Assembly (NCBI RefSeq): GCF_001194135.2
Contig: NC_068992.1
Coordinates: 1,356,247 to 1,420,246 of the forward strand
DNA from: Octopus bimaculoides
Lineage: Eukaryota
Length of the DNA stretch: 64,000 nt
Direction: 5' to 3'
The notes beneath the pieces were generated by a model. It was not told where the DNA came from, searched no databases, and worked only from the letters and a program-made list of their open reading frames with translations. The position numbers were made by a program, and so were the translations under genes. Shown in pieces: positions 26,229-40,600 of this stretch. Every line of letters begins with the position of its first letter. Within the stretch, counting starts at the first letter, position 1.

Positions 26229-26259
<31 letters not shown>

Positions 26260-26291
26260 NNNNNNNNNNNNNNNNNNNNNNATATATATGC

Positions 26292-26343
<52 letters not shown>

Positions 26344-26461
26344 ACACACACACACGAAACAGAGTAAAATATGCGTTATATGTGTAGGTGTATGTGCATA
26401 TGTACCTTTGCGTGTGTTTCTCTGTGTGTGTGTGTGTGTGTTTATGTGTGTGTGCGCGCGT

Positions 26462-26493
<32 letters not shown>

Positions 26494-26510
26494 CTGTGTG
26501 TGTGTGTTTG
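26229..26510. repeat. Compound (TA)n-gap-(GA)n-(CA)n-(TG)n microsatellites; N run 26260-26281
   Basis: Directly visible. Confidence 0.97.
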
Positions 26511-27117
26511 CAGTATAACGCTTCTTTGCTTAATATTATATAAATACACGATGCAATTATTTTAGATACATAGATTCTTCTAGAAGAGATTTTTTCGATG
26601 ATGTCAGAAGAAAAAACAAATATCTATTGAATACAAATGCGCATACACGCACATCTGTATTTACTTATCTATAAACACTCAAACATACACACGCATGATG
26701 TGTGCATACATAAGTACATCTATACATATGCAAATGTATAGGTGTGTATGTGAGTCTTTGTACTACATACGTACGTCAGTGATTATGCAGATGACGCGTC
26801 AGTTTTGACAACTCCTCTAACAATTAATGCGGGTTGCTTGTATACTGCATTAAAGATGATAAAATAGAGTGTACTATCGTTTGATATTTAAATGATTTTT
26901 TTTTTACCCATATCTTTTTGATCCCCGCATATAATCTTCATATTTTATTCGATAAATAATAATCCTAAAAGCTGATTCATACAGTATTTCATCCCAGAAT
27001 CATATGATTTCTAAAGAGATTCATTCCGACATTTCTTTTTACCATTCTAACTCTAATATAAAAATTTGTATACGCCAACGCCGGCTTTGCTTTTCATCAT
27101 TTTGTAGTCGATGAAAT

Positions 27118-27203
27118 ATGTACCAGTTAAGCATTGTGGTCGATGTAATCGACTTACTTCTACCTGCGAACTTGCTGGCCTTGTGCCAAAATTTGAAACC
27201 AAT
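27118..27203 (+). mobile_element. SINE family B, 3' fragment
   Basis: gtaccagtt...gtcgatgtaatcgactt...ctggccttgtgccaaaatttgaaaccaat matches the 3' part of 48024-48240. Confidence 0.7.
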
Positions 27204-27662
27204 AAAGAGAGCTGAATGACGATCTTTCTATTCTACTCAATGCGGATGAGTTCTTGAAACGCGGTAATACTTCGGCATTTGTCTTCAGAAATGCTCTAAT
27301 GTAGACATATAATGTTAAGAATCACAAACAATTCAGCACGGATAGTGGAACTGCTAGATCACATGATTTTAGAAAATGTGTGCTTCAAAACCAGTAGACA
27401 TCCACTCACCGCATGTTTGCCGACTCTCGCTGCCACCAATATATAAAAAAACTGACTGTTCAGTCAGTCATGTCGCAAACAACTATACAAGATTAAATAA
27501 TACATTCTCATGTATATGTTAAATTTAGAATCTAATTAACGCTAAACATCGCTCCGAATTGCATAGCCAGACACGTAGATGTGTACTAATTCAAGAAGGA
27601 TCTTTCTTTCGCCTCCAATAATTTGTCGGATATACTGAATTGTCTATATGTATTAAACAGAG

Positions 27663-27742
27663 TATGTGTGTGTGCGTGCGTGGTGTTTGTGCGTGCGTGT
27701 GTTTGTGCGTGCGTGTGTTTGTGTGTGTGTGTGTGTGTGAGT

Positions 27743-27782
<40 letters not shown>
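27663..27782. repeat. (TG)n microsatellite, interrupted
   Basis: Directly visible. Confidence 0.97.
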
Positions 27783-27989
27783 TGTATGTTCCTTATGGAT
27801 TCAAAACTGAGATGCCGATTTTGACGTATGAGGTATCAAAAGATTTAGTAATCTTTCTGCTATCAAATGAAGTACGATTTTTGCACAGCAACGCTTTTTT
27901 ACTACAAAAATAACCTGGAAAACGAGGTTGGGTCGCATGATTTTGAGGTCATTTTCGGGTAATATTTAGATTTGCTAGTAATCTACCTT

Positions 27990-28620
27990 GCCAATTTTAA
28001 TTTTGTCACTCTCCAAAAATGCAGCCTTGTACAAGGAGTGTTTTGAGTGCATTTGTGATGCACAAGTCCCTAACTGTCATTGGACAATTACCAAAAACAG
28101 GCTGTTTTGGAACAATTATTGGCACATTTTCTATCAATAATGGCCTTTGTGCCACGTCTAAACTGCCAATAATTTCATCTTCAATATTTCATGATTAAAG
28201 AATGTCTTTGAAATATTTTGATAACATTTGTTTGCACAAAGCCCTATTTTTCAACAGCAAATTCACTAATGAAGCGTGTTCTGGCATAATTGTGAGCGAT
28301 CCTGGTGTTTCTACTGTAAACAATTTGTCCATGTAGACTTTTGTGGTAGCAAACGACTCAGAAGGCAAAAGGAGAGTTTTCAGGTTTAAATTCAATAAAA
28401 GTTCCACAAGGATTAAGCACAGTAGGAGCCTATGTTTGTTCGGGCGTGGTAAAGGCGTGAAACAATAACTAAAACCGTTCGCGGTTTTTGCCTTTAGCAT
28501 TTTTTACTTTATGCAGCCCAATTTATGCAAAGTTGCTTATCGTTATTAGTAAAGATTCATTCCATAAGCTGCAAAATCCGTAAGGATTTTGCTACAATCT
28601 TTCTATTTTTCACGGTGGTT
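27990..28620 (-). mobile_element. Possible decayed Crypton-like tyrosine recombinase (DUF3504-type) remnant
   Basis: Frameshifted pieces in expected order: GFCSLWNESLLITISNF (FCxRGxExLxxLTxxxF-like), AKGKNR, LNLN/PENSPF, CYHK..G, HNYAR, and C-terminal PVFGNCPMTV. Confidence 0.3.
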
Positions 28621-29711
28621 GAGCTCATGCGATAGAAAACAAATATCTAATCTGGTAAACTCAGTGAAGAAAACAACACTGTGCATCTATGCGAGGGCAG
28701 ATTAAGGTCACGTACAAACATGACTCTGCCTACGGTGCTTGTCCCTTCATTGGTCGGGATGCACACCTTGTTCACTAATTTGTACAATTTCAAATGAATT
28801 TTTCATCATCAGAGACATGTACTGTAATACAAGTTAGACGTGGTGTTATTGTCATCAAGGAGCCGGGCTACGCCGGAATGCATTGTGTATGCTGCGTACG
28901 TTCCTCTTGAACACGGAAACAAAATGAATAGGGAAACATAACATTTAAAATTAAAAGCTGACTCTCATCTAAACAAATACAAAAAAACTGATCAACAAAA
29001 GGAAGTTTTCGATCACATTATGTGACACACTCGGAAGCGCCTTCTACGGACCCGTTTTGGTGTCATCATTCCGGATATAGACAAAGTATCTTAGCTGCTA
29101 GTGCTTACTTGTTCATCCCTTATCTTATTATATAAATTTCTTTGAACACACTGCTTTGGATGTCGCCTAATATAAGTGTGAATATATAAATCACATTCTC
29201 CAGCCCAAAACATTATAAACTGATAGAATTCTTCCTGCTTCATATTCAAATGAGTCAACCATTTCTAGATAAATTGTAATTCACGGTGTGAATTTTAAAA
29301 TATAAATGTTTGAATAATAAAGGAGATGCAGCGTATATGTATTTAGTATTTTTTCTACTCGTTACATCAATCGGAAATATTGGTTAGATATTAATAGACT
29401 CTTATCACTATATTGGATACTTTTATGGAACCATCATTATTGCATTCACCAACTCATACATCTGTATGTGTAGCTTTTCTATCTCTCTTTTTATTCATTT
29501 CCCTTTCACTTTCAGAACTAACTGCAATCTCTGAAGACAACTTAGAAGAATGAAATGTAATACAACATAAGGATAAAGTAGCATTGTAAATAGGAATGAA
29601 CCTTATATCTTTTGGCTTCTGCGCTCATTAGAAGGTGGTAGTATCGGGGCGCTGTCGTGAAGAATTTTTAGTCGAATGAATAGAACCCATCCCCACCAGT
29701 AATCTTAAAAC

Positions 29712-30107
<396 letters not shown>

Positions 30108-30154
30108 CGACGTCTATGCCTAAAAATAATTCAGATCCTTTTAAAAAGTTAACT

Positions 30155-30446
30155 GGCACTTCGTCTGTTACGACGACGCGGGTTCCAGTTGATCCGATCA
30201 ACGGAACAGCCTGCTCGTGAAATCAACGTGCATGTGGATGAGCAGTCCACAAATACGTGTACCCATAACGTAGTTATCAGGGAGATTCAGCATAACAGAG
30301 AATGCGACAAGGTCGGCCCTTTGAAACACAGATACGACTCATTGAATGGAATAAAGTATCTTGCTCAGTGACACAACACATCACCGAGAATCGAACGTAC
30401 GAGTTTACGATTGTGAGCCGAATACCCAAAGCACTAAGCCATGCAC
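30155..30446 (-). mobile_element. tRNA-derived SINE family C
   Basis: Minus-strand head gcatggcttagtgc..tattcggctcacaatcgt...gttcgattctcgg (A/B box-like), with tail shared with 21089-21280. Confidence 0.8.
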
Positions 30447-31914
30447 ATTCACTTTTACCAAGTATACAGCAATTATTAGTCACGACGATACTCTGCATCT
30501 TCGTTGCACTTAAATCTAAAATCTAAATTCACTATCATCATTTAAGATACATTAGAAGAAATGATCTCTTGGAATACCCACCACCGGTACTGGTTCCACA
30601 TCATGTAGCTGTGAATTCTTATTCCTATCCTCACAACCGGACAGTGATTGCTATAACGCCATGCGATCGAATATACTGTTTCTACTAACGTAATGGAGGT
30701 TAAATAACAAAACTTGATTTTAAAGAAACTTCTCAAACCACTTTCTCTCTCATGATTGCTGGCCCCGATTATACATTTTATTTGCAATTCCTTAGTTGTT
30801 TATTCTTCGTTATGTGAGTTGTCTTTAGAGACATTTTCTACGGGAACAAAAGCTTGCTGCCGCCATCACATTGAGCGCATATCGAGTTGCAGTAATGAAA
30901 ACATGGCAATAGTTACAGTAAGGGGCGCATTCACGTTTACTAAATCATAACATCATAGCTTGGTGCTTGAAATTGTAAATTTTTGTGTAAGGAAGATTCA
31001 CAGGCTACACACGGTCAATATATGTCTTTAATCATACTCAAAATATCCTAAATATGTTTAGACATTTTAAGCCAAATACAGTTCTATTTCATCCCTATTG
31101 GGAAGCATCACCATGGCAAAACGTTTTCACAAATATATTACATTTACTAAGAAAATCTACAAGTCGAGTACCTTTGGTCGATCGTCAAAGAATAAATTTG
31201 TTTTACTACTGATTTCCCTCCTAGATAGAAATTAGTAGGAGAGAAAAGAAGAAAGAAGAGCGAGAGAAATATCCTACATAGAGTTCAGTTACAACTAGGA
31301 AATTTCTATACTGTGATGAATTTCATAAATATAAATTGTGTTCTAATCTTGACTTCAAACAAATTTTTCGTGTCTCTATTTATAACGTAGTTGATGTATT
31401 GTAGCTGCTATCCCTTAGGTTGTTCGTGTTTCGATATGTTCTTCGGGCATATATCATATTGGCTTTTACTATCAGTGTATGTGGATAAAATGAAAATTTC
31501 CCGCCACAATTAGTTGAACAACAAGAGTGTTGATGACAGTAATATTAAGGGAGGCAATCGCTACTAAGAAATTTAATCATACCAGCAGGGAATTTGAATT
31601 TTAAATTTAAGTTTAACAAAGATGCAAATAATATGCATTTCTAGTAATTTTTCTCCTCCTTACTTTGATCCTAAATATTTAAACATTGGTAGACATAAAT
31701 GGCACAGTTTTTTCCCCCATATTTGTAATTATCATGGCATACGGCTTGGCAAATATATTGAATTGAAGTAAACATTTTATGCAGGTTGATAATTTAAAAG
31801 GCGTTCAAAAGTTATGCCTTTTTCCTGTTTTCCTTCGTTTATATTTCGCAAGTGAGAGAAAAGGAAATATGAGAGAGGGGAAGAAATGGGGAATGAGAGA
31901 GAGAAAGATAAAAC

Positions 31915-31996
<82 letters not shown>
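31915..31996. repeat. (CA)n microsatellite
   Basis: Directly visible. Confidence 0.98.
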
Positions 31997-31998
<2 letters not shown>

Positions 31999-33231
31999 GA
32001 CATATATGCATATATATGTATATACAGATATGTATATACACCGCTGATAGATAGAGAGAGCGAGAGAGAGAGAATGAGAGAGAGTGATGTTGAAAGGGAA
32101 ATGTTCTGAATGTAGATTATTTCCTTCAGGGAACTTCTATCTTGTGAAAATGTTCACACATACAGTTTCTGTAAGAGACTTGACTAAAAATTTCCCACGT
32201 CATTTTTGATGTCATCATGCTAGGTGTAGTTAATATGCTAAAACACTATACTATTCTTTATCCTTTTTTATTCTTCGTTATATTAGTACAGACAAATTAT
32301 GGCACATACCATCTTAGCTATTGCAAATCATTTGCATAAATATATATTAAAGTACACAACTAAAGTAAGTTAAACACATGGATATCTGGCAGCAAGAATC
32401 AGAAAAGAGATTATAACTTCTGGCCATATTGTAAATCGTTGTTGGATGCCTAAATTTTGAATTCAAATGTGTCAAATATATATTTTATAGAAATATTTCA
32501 TATGGTTTTTATACTAATCAGTAAGACCATATATACTTTTTTATCCTTGGTACTAATGTGTACATATTACACCGCTACTTCACTCATATATTACAAAATC
32601 TCCTTAACATGGCTATGCAATAAATTATAACTTACATTGGAAGACATTAAATGAACTTTTAAATATTGAATAGTTACTCAGTTTCTCTTCGCCTCTCATA
32701 ATTTTTACGTGTTCTTTACAAGTACTTACGCGGAAATAATTCACTATGAGAAAGCGGAAAGAAATTTCTCCCAGTTCAACGGTGGAATATATTGTGGATG
32801 CTTGGTTTACTCTAGTGACCAATTAAATTCCTTCTGTACACTCAAACTAAAGTTAAGTGAAAAGATGGGATAGGACATTGAGCATCTGTGAAATTCTTTA
32901 GTGTTACATAACTTCCGTTTTGTGTTTCCTTTGAAGCGTATGTAGTACGTAATTGCCTATTTCATTCCTTTCACTCCCTGATTTATAGTGGTATAATTAA
33001 CAACGTTTATTGTCATATTGGTTTTCGTATCAGAACTTCAATATAATTCAATATGGAGCGACGTGTATTACATAGGCTGGTTGATAAACTTTATTGATCG
33101 AGTATCATCTACTTTGTGTTCTATAGATACGCTGTGGCTATGCTTGAAGCTATCCAACTCTTTGTAGCATGAACGTTTTTGATCTCATCGATTTGCTGTT
33201 ATATTCATTTCCATATATGAGCGTGTATATA

Positions 33232-33281
<50 letters not shown>

Positions 33282-33357
33282 TATATATTACATATATGCA
33301 TATATATATATATTTATATGTCAGTATATATTATATATATGCATTTATATATTATTG

Positions 33358-33703
33358 TTTTCTTTTATTCTTTCATTTGTTTCATTCATTTGACTGCAGC
33401 CATAACAGACCACCGCCTATAGTCGAACAAAACGACCCCAGGACTCATACTTTGTAAGGATTGTACTTATCCTATCGGCCTCTTTTGACGAACCGCTAAG
33501 TTATGGGGACGTAAACACAACAACATCGGTTGTCAAGCCAGACGAACATACACACACACTCTCACTCACGACTTACAGATTCCGTCTGCCAAATTGACTT
33601 TCGTCGACATGGAGCTGTAGAAGATGATACTTCCGCAAGGTTCCACGCACTGGGACTGAACCCGGAACCATGTGGCTTCTTACCACACAACCACGCCTGC
33701 GCC
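33358..33703 (-). mobile_element. SINE family A
   Basis: tttgtttcattcatttgactgc..gaccccaggac..gaaccgctaagttatggggacgtaaacac..ctgggactgaacccggaaccatgtgg. Confidence 0.8.
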
Positions 33704-33707
33704 TATG

Positions 33708-33773
<66 letters not shown>

Positions 33774-35549
33774 GTAGTACAAGGCAGCAATGTCGATAAG
33801 TTTACGATGCTACAGTAAAGCTTCACTCTGTATATACTTGCAATGACGTTGCCCAGATGTCCAGGTGCAATTGCATGATAACTCCTCACCGAAAGGTGGT
33901 TTTTACCCTGTTAGCATTTTTTAATATACTTTACAGAATTCAGTTGTATTTCAAAGTGCATTGAATATGAATCAGGGGAATGTATTTATCAAGATAAGTT
34001 TACAAGAGAAAATGCAAATTAAATATGTAAAAAAAAAAAATTATGGAAACACTTTAGCATTTTAGTGCCATTGCTTGTATGTGCATTAATGTTAGCGTTA
34101 GTTTCTTCAATTGAAATTCCTCAGTTTCCGTCATCAGAATTTCGTTAACATTATTTTGGATCGACTTAGATCTATAATATTAAAACAGTTTTCCAATACA
34201 CTATCCATTTTATTTTTGTTCTTCATTTCAATTAATGTTGAAATTTATTCAAAATATGTAGACAGGAGAATACAATTTACGCATATAGAATGCATAATGA
34301 TGATGCATAAGATATTTTAATTTATCTTTTTATTTATATGTAAATACTTAAGGCTATTATTCAAATAGATAAGCCAAGATACAAAGTCGAAAGTGTGAGC
34401 ATTACACATAACATGTTATATACTACCCTTCCAGGAATCTGTTACATTTATTTTCATTTGCAATAAGTTTAGATATCTTAATATCCAGTAATTTGTGGAA
34501 AGAGATTTTACGATATATTTTCTTATTTTATATTAAGTATGTCTAGCTACAATTGCTTTCAACTGGCACAAAATTATAATTTTATATGCTTCTATGCAAT
34601 TAGAAAATAACAGAAAGCATTAAAGTGAAACTTTGTGAGTCGAATGCGATTATATACATATGATTTATTTGAAAATAATCAGATCCAACATCGTGTCGTT
34701 AGTTTTTCATTTCAAAAGCTTTATGGTTTCTGTTGCCAAGTTTTGAATTTTAATAAATCTAAATTACAAATTTTACGATACGATATGCCTTATCTCTCAT
34801 GTGCAAAACAACTAGCAATATAAATATTTTGAGGTTTCTATCGGCGGACATTTACTGCTGATTTGTTACTTCTGCTAGAACTCGTTATATGTATCCTTCA
34901 AATAAGCACTCTCTCACTACATATTCTATATCTTACCATTAAGTACCTGGCATTCAATCGTAAATTTGACATGATTTCTTTTGTAAAATCATCTTTTGAA
35001 AATAGAGGAAATATGAATTTATGATTGTTTAGTAATTTTTATGGAGATGGCAACTATTTATAGCAACCTTTTAAAAATAAAGTAACATGACTGAACAAAT
35101 TAAACAATCAGGCGTATTAGTATACTATAGAAGAATATTCTACTGCGACATATCGCTCATCTTCTCAGATAACATCCTTAATATCATATCAGGATGTGTT
35201 ATTTATTCAAACAAAATAAAAATTAAAACTGAAATAATATGATTGCAAATGAATGAATACCAGTGATTTTATTCTTGTATTAATACGTTACAATATAACA
35301 TAACAAATATAAAACATTATGAGATATGTAAAGTATGTAATATATTAGAACCTTAGTAATTTCCTAGCATAAAATAACACGTGAAAGTGTGTGTTACACA
35401 AGTGTTACGATAGTTATTTCTCATGCAAGTAATACATGGTTTTTGCGAATCGATTAGTCTCACGTGTTGTATATTCAAGTACATAGAATGATGTGCTGCG
35501 TGATGTAAATCGATAAATATTTCATCGGCAGATTGCAATGGCACACCAG

Positions 35550-35645
35550 CACTCACACACGCATATACACAAACACATATGCACACACACACAAGCACAC
35601 AAATACATACACACATTCACGTATACAAGCACACGTGTATATATA

Positions 35646-35698
<53 letters not shown>

Positions 35699-35745
35699 GT
35701 GTGTGTGTGTGTATGTGTGTGTGTGTGTGTATGTGTGTGTAATAC
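35550..35745. repeat. Compound (CA)/(TA)/(TG) microsatellite
   Basis: Directly visible. Confidence 0.95.
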
Positions 35746-36904
35746 ACATGAAGTGCAGGATATCACCAACGAGTGAAAAATACGTAAACATACGAGAGAT
35801 ATATACAGAGAAAAATACCAAAAAGTTAACTCTTCGTCAGTTGTTGACTGTTTTATTACTCCCTATTTCGTGGTTTAGTGTATTTATATATATATGCATT
35901 CGTACCTATGCGGGTGGCTGCTTCTGTGTATCTATATAATTGCATGTATGCGTAATGATAAGTACGTGTGCATCTAAGTGTGTTAATGTGTGTCTGTGTG
36001 CTTGTGTGCTTGTGTGTTTGTGTGTTTGTGAGACTACGTGATTATTCTCATAATAAAAGAGAAATGAATTTGAACATTAAATAATCGATACTTGGTTTTG
36101 GGAATTATTGTATAATCATCAGGTTTCACTCTGTCATAACCTCTACCTACATCCACTTTACATTCATTCACTTTAGTGTCTACATTTTATGCATTCTACT
36201 TAAAACAACAAAATTTATTATTTTCAGGCATCTTTGTATATTTTACTTCTATAATGAACGGGTGGCTTCAGTATTAGATTATAAGTTAAATTAAATTTTA
36301 AATAACGCATATCTCACACCCCGGTGACAGTTACCGCATTCGAAATTGATTATTCCTGTTGGGGGTAACAGGATTCAGCAGCGACGTTTCTGTTGCAGTT
36401 GTTTAATCTATGGAAGCAAACACAGATCGAAATTATTTGTTTTAGATTTGGTTCCGCAAGTAACGTATAGTTTAAAGAGTGATTAATTTCGTATAAATGA
36501 TACAAAATGTGATATGATCACCTGTGTTTATTAATACAGGATCTCAAAAAAAATTTAAACTCCTCTTTAAAAGAAGTCTTCTGACAAATGCAATGTTGTC
36601 GGACACCTGGCTATTTCATTAATTCGAATAACATCCAAATCACCGTAACTATATATATTCACACCAAAACAAGATCTTTAGTGCTTATAATTCTTATTAT
36701 CTTCATCAGCGAATAATTTTAAAAAGAAGATGAAATAAAATATATTTAGTAAGTGAATACGTGATATACGAAAATGTAAATTTGATTCTCCGTAACTGAG
36801 AAAAATAACAATTATACTCTCTCAAAAGAAAACAAAATAGTTATATAAACATACATTATATATTAGACACACATTTCTGTATAAACATTTATATATCTGT
36901 AAGC

Positions 36905-37062
36905 GCACGTTTGGTTGCATGGTAAGAAGCTTCCTTACCGATCAATTGGTACCAGGTTCAGTCTCATTTCGACGCAACTTGGGCATGTGGCTTCCACAAA
37001 ATCCTCGAGGTGACCAGTAACTTGTGAGTGGATTAGTTACACGGAAACTGAAACAACCCCGG
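36905..37062 (+). mobile_element. SINE family A, 5' half, diverged
   Basis: tggtaagaagcttccttacc..ggttcagtctca..cttgggca..ttgtgagtggatt..cggaaactgaaa, ending in (TA)n. Confidence 0.7.
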
Positions 37063-37087
37063 TATATATATATATATATATATATAT

Positions 37088-37127
37088 NNNNNNNNNNNNN
37101 NNNNNNNNNNNNNNNNNNNNNNNNNNN
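37088..37127. other. Assembly gap within (TA)n
   Basis: Run of N. Confidence 1.
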
Positions 37128-37517
37128 ATATATTCTTTTACTTGTTTCAGTCATTGACTGCGGCCATGCTGGAACACTGCCTTTAGTCGAGGAAATCGAC
37201 CCCAGGACTTATTCTTTGCAAGCTTAGTAATTAGTCTATCGGTTTCTTTTTGCCGAACCGCTAAGTTACGGGGATGTAAACACACCAGCATCGATTGTCA
37301 AGCGATGGTGGGGGGACAAACACAGGCACACAAACACACATATACATATATACATATATACGACGGGCTTCTTTCAGTTTCTGTCTACCAAATCCTCTCA
37401 CAAGGCTTTGGTCGGCCCGAGGCTATAGCACAAGACACTTGCCCAAGGTGCCATTCAGTGGGACTGAACCCGGAACCATGTAGTTGGTAAGCAAGCTACT
37501 TACCACACAGCCACTCC
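37128..37517 (-). mobile_element. SINE family A, full length
   Basis: Minus-strand head ggagtggctgtgtggtaagtagcttgcttacc..ggttccgggttcagtcccactg through tail ..gactgaaacaagtaaaagaata. Confidence 0.9.
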
Positions 37518-37578
37518 GGTGTCACACACGCACATTCACATATCTATGTAATTATATGAACGCATTTATATTAATGTA

Positions 37579-37616
<38 letters not shown>

Positions 37617-40600
37617 ATATTTTTTAGCTTTTAGCATTTGAATTGTATGTAATTCGATTTGTAAATTACTTTGAAACACAGACGATTAATGTTTTTGTTG
37701 TTTCTGCGCTAAATAGCACAAGAAAAATAAATATATCCTTAACGTATTTTTAATTTAAGTTTTACAGATATAATGTCTTTACGTAACATATACTTTACAA
37801 TTCTTCAATATATATGCCAAATATGCGATACATATGTTAATATAGACAGTATGTTTTGTTTTTTACGCTAGATTTATAAGCATATTTGTGCTAATCTTTG
37901 CAATATTTTTTCTTTATTTGCCATTTTATTATATAACAGAGAAAAATCTCAACTATTAGTTTAAAATCAAAATATCAGACAATATATATTATAAATAGAC
38001 TAATATATCGAATTATATAAAACTTCAATGTTTTCTTTATTGCTATGTTTTCAGTTATTAAGTCTTTGAATATGGAAAACTTTAGAATTGATGTGTGTGA
38101 CCTCTTAGTATATATACAGCTGCAGTTTTGAAAATAGCATCCGGAGAAGTTATTTGTTTTGAATCTGATATCCAACTAAAATATATCTTATTTTTTTATG
38201 ATGCTTCCTCCTCTTCAAAGCCACATTGTACTTAGAGAGAATCAAACAATGACAGCCCATAATTTACTAATATATATATGTTCATTTTCTCTAATACAAC
38301 CTTATAAGTTTACACGATACAAGTTGCGATTCAAGGGAGATTTAAATGTACATTTATTTTAGGTCTATCAACCCTTATTTTGTATATCAAGTGGAACAAA
38401 TAGGTTCCATGTAGTTTCTTTTTCGGTCGGATTATATCAAGTTCACCATCAATAACCTTAAGGCACGAACACTCTGGCTTTTTCTGTCGGTTTGAAAACA
38501 ATGGTATGTTATCCAAAGATTCGTTTCTTATTTTTCTCCTTTTGTCTCTTACTTCAATAGAATACTATTCAAGGGTGACTTTTGTGATGTTTCTAGCATG
38601 ACTGACCAGCTGCTTGAATTTTATTGACTGACAAACAGTACTTGTATTGTTGAATAGGTAACACTGATCGAAGGGAAGTAATTGAGTTTTAGTAAGTGGC
38701 AATATAACAAAATCGAATCTCTGTTTTAAATTATCTGCTGTATTTGACCTTTCTTATATATAGTTTAAAGCAAAGCGTGGAGGGATACGCTACCAGGCCC
38801 ACAACCAACTAAGATATATTTATTCTTTTTTAGCAAGTATACGCTTTAAATGGAATAATACAGTGGAGACTATAAATATTTGTTAGGAGTTAACCAAATG
38901 ACACCGGCACAAAATGTTGTTCTATTGGAGAAACTGTTGCCAATCCCGATATCAACTTTCTGTCTCCGTGTGAATACGCTGTATTACATAGTCATGTTTA
39001 TAACATTGAGGAAAGTTGCAATTCGCTCGGTGTGTATAAAGGCTTTCATAAATTGCACAGATTATATTTAAACAATCTTTTTTCTGGAAACCATAAAGGA
39101 GTTTCGTTATACCTTTCTAAAGCCAATTTGAATTGTATCAACTTTATGTTCGAATACCCTTTCGTTTTCATTTATATTTATTGAGGTAAATTTCAATATA
39201 AGAAGATATTAATAATCGTGTGGAATTGACTGGCAGATTTTCAATTCCACTTCGCGATTCATTGCACACAGATAATGTATATAATTTTACCTTTAAACAA
39301 TTACATTACCAAACAATAGTTTTCTATCCTTTTGAGAGCCAGCATATCTATCAATAGTTTGATTTTATATCAATTCATATGCTTCATAATAATGCCGGAT
39401 CAGTGAAGAGGGAAAAAAATGTCATGAGTTATAAAAGTTATCAACATAAACACATCGTTATTCTTTAAAAGAAACATATATTCTTATGCCTTAGCTAAGC
39501 ATATACTGCATTAGTTTTAACTAGTAATGGCTGTATATGTTCTCCGTTCTTCACATAACTATTTATCGCTCATAAAATACATATATAAATATATAATATA
39601 TAATATGTGTGTGTGTGTGCGTGTGTGTGTGCGTATTTACAAACCGGGAAACGAAAAATGTCTCCAAGATTATTTCGATCAGCGAAAAGTTGTCAGACTT
39701 AGTTTAATATCATATTACAATACACAGTTTAAGAAGCTTCTTAAAACCGTATTTTGGCGCAAAATATAGCGTTTTAAAAATGACCTTCTTGATGAACGTA
39801 AAATCTGTAATTCAAATATAACATTTTGTTCAGATGGTTTACGTTACTTGCCTATTCATTCCCATACAAGATGCTTTCTTAACCACCATACCGCACTTCA
39901 TTGTACATCATCAGGATGTCCTGGAACGGTTTCAGTGCAGTAGCTGTTTTCCCACGGTAATTGGTTCGCTAAGTTTTACGAATGCTTTTCACTTTCTGTA
40001 AGGACAAATGTTGTAGTGCCCCTCCCCACACTGCTCATATAGCACGAAACAGTGGATTCTGAGAGAAAGACAGAGATGACAGACAGTTACAATGTCAGAT
40101 CCACAGAAAGATGAGAATCCAGCAAGTGATTCAGTATTTCCATTATGCGTAATTAATCACTCCTTAATGATAGACACCAAAGTAAATTCTATGCCTGTGG
40201 AGTGTGTGTAACTAGAGCAATTTATTACAGCTGACGCGTTAACGATTCCCGACATTTGTCACTCCAAGCATACAAACACATTTTTGAAAGTCTATGTGTA
40301 CATATAAAATATGCATTTTATAAATTTTGTCTATGTGAACGAGTGTTTTTTTTTTCATATGAGAGTAGCAATAGTTTTGTTGTTAGGGTGTGGAGATTCA
40401 AATTCATCCTTTCTTTTCGATTTAAGTACAATTAACTAGAGGTCTATCACCCATCCTTCATCCTTTCATCGCCCAAGATATAATGATATATATTATTGCC
40501 GTGAGAAGAATAATATAAATGTCAATTCTGCAGAAAAATAAAATAAATACGTGTCTACAGTTGCAATGAAAAATAACCTCTCGCTCATAAAAAGAAAAGC

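Noticed and set aside
26784-26795. YADD reverse-transcriptase motif
   Set aside because: Isolated 4-aa match with no flanking RT motifs.
27243-27266. cggatgagttcttgaaacgcggta hammerhead-like string (similar at about 4310)
   Set aside because: Core box mutated and stems I and II absent.
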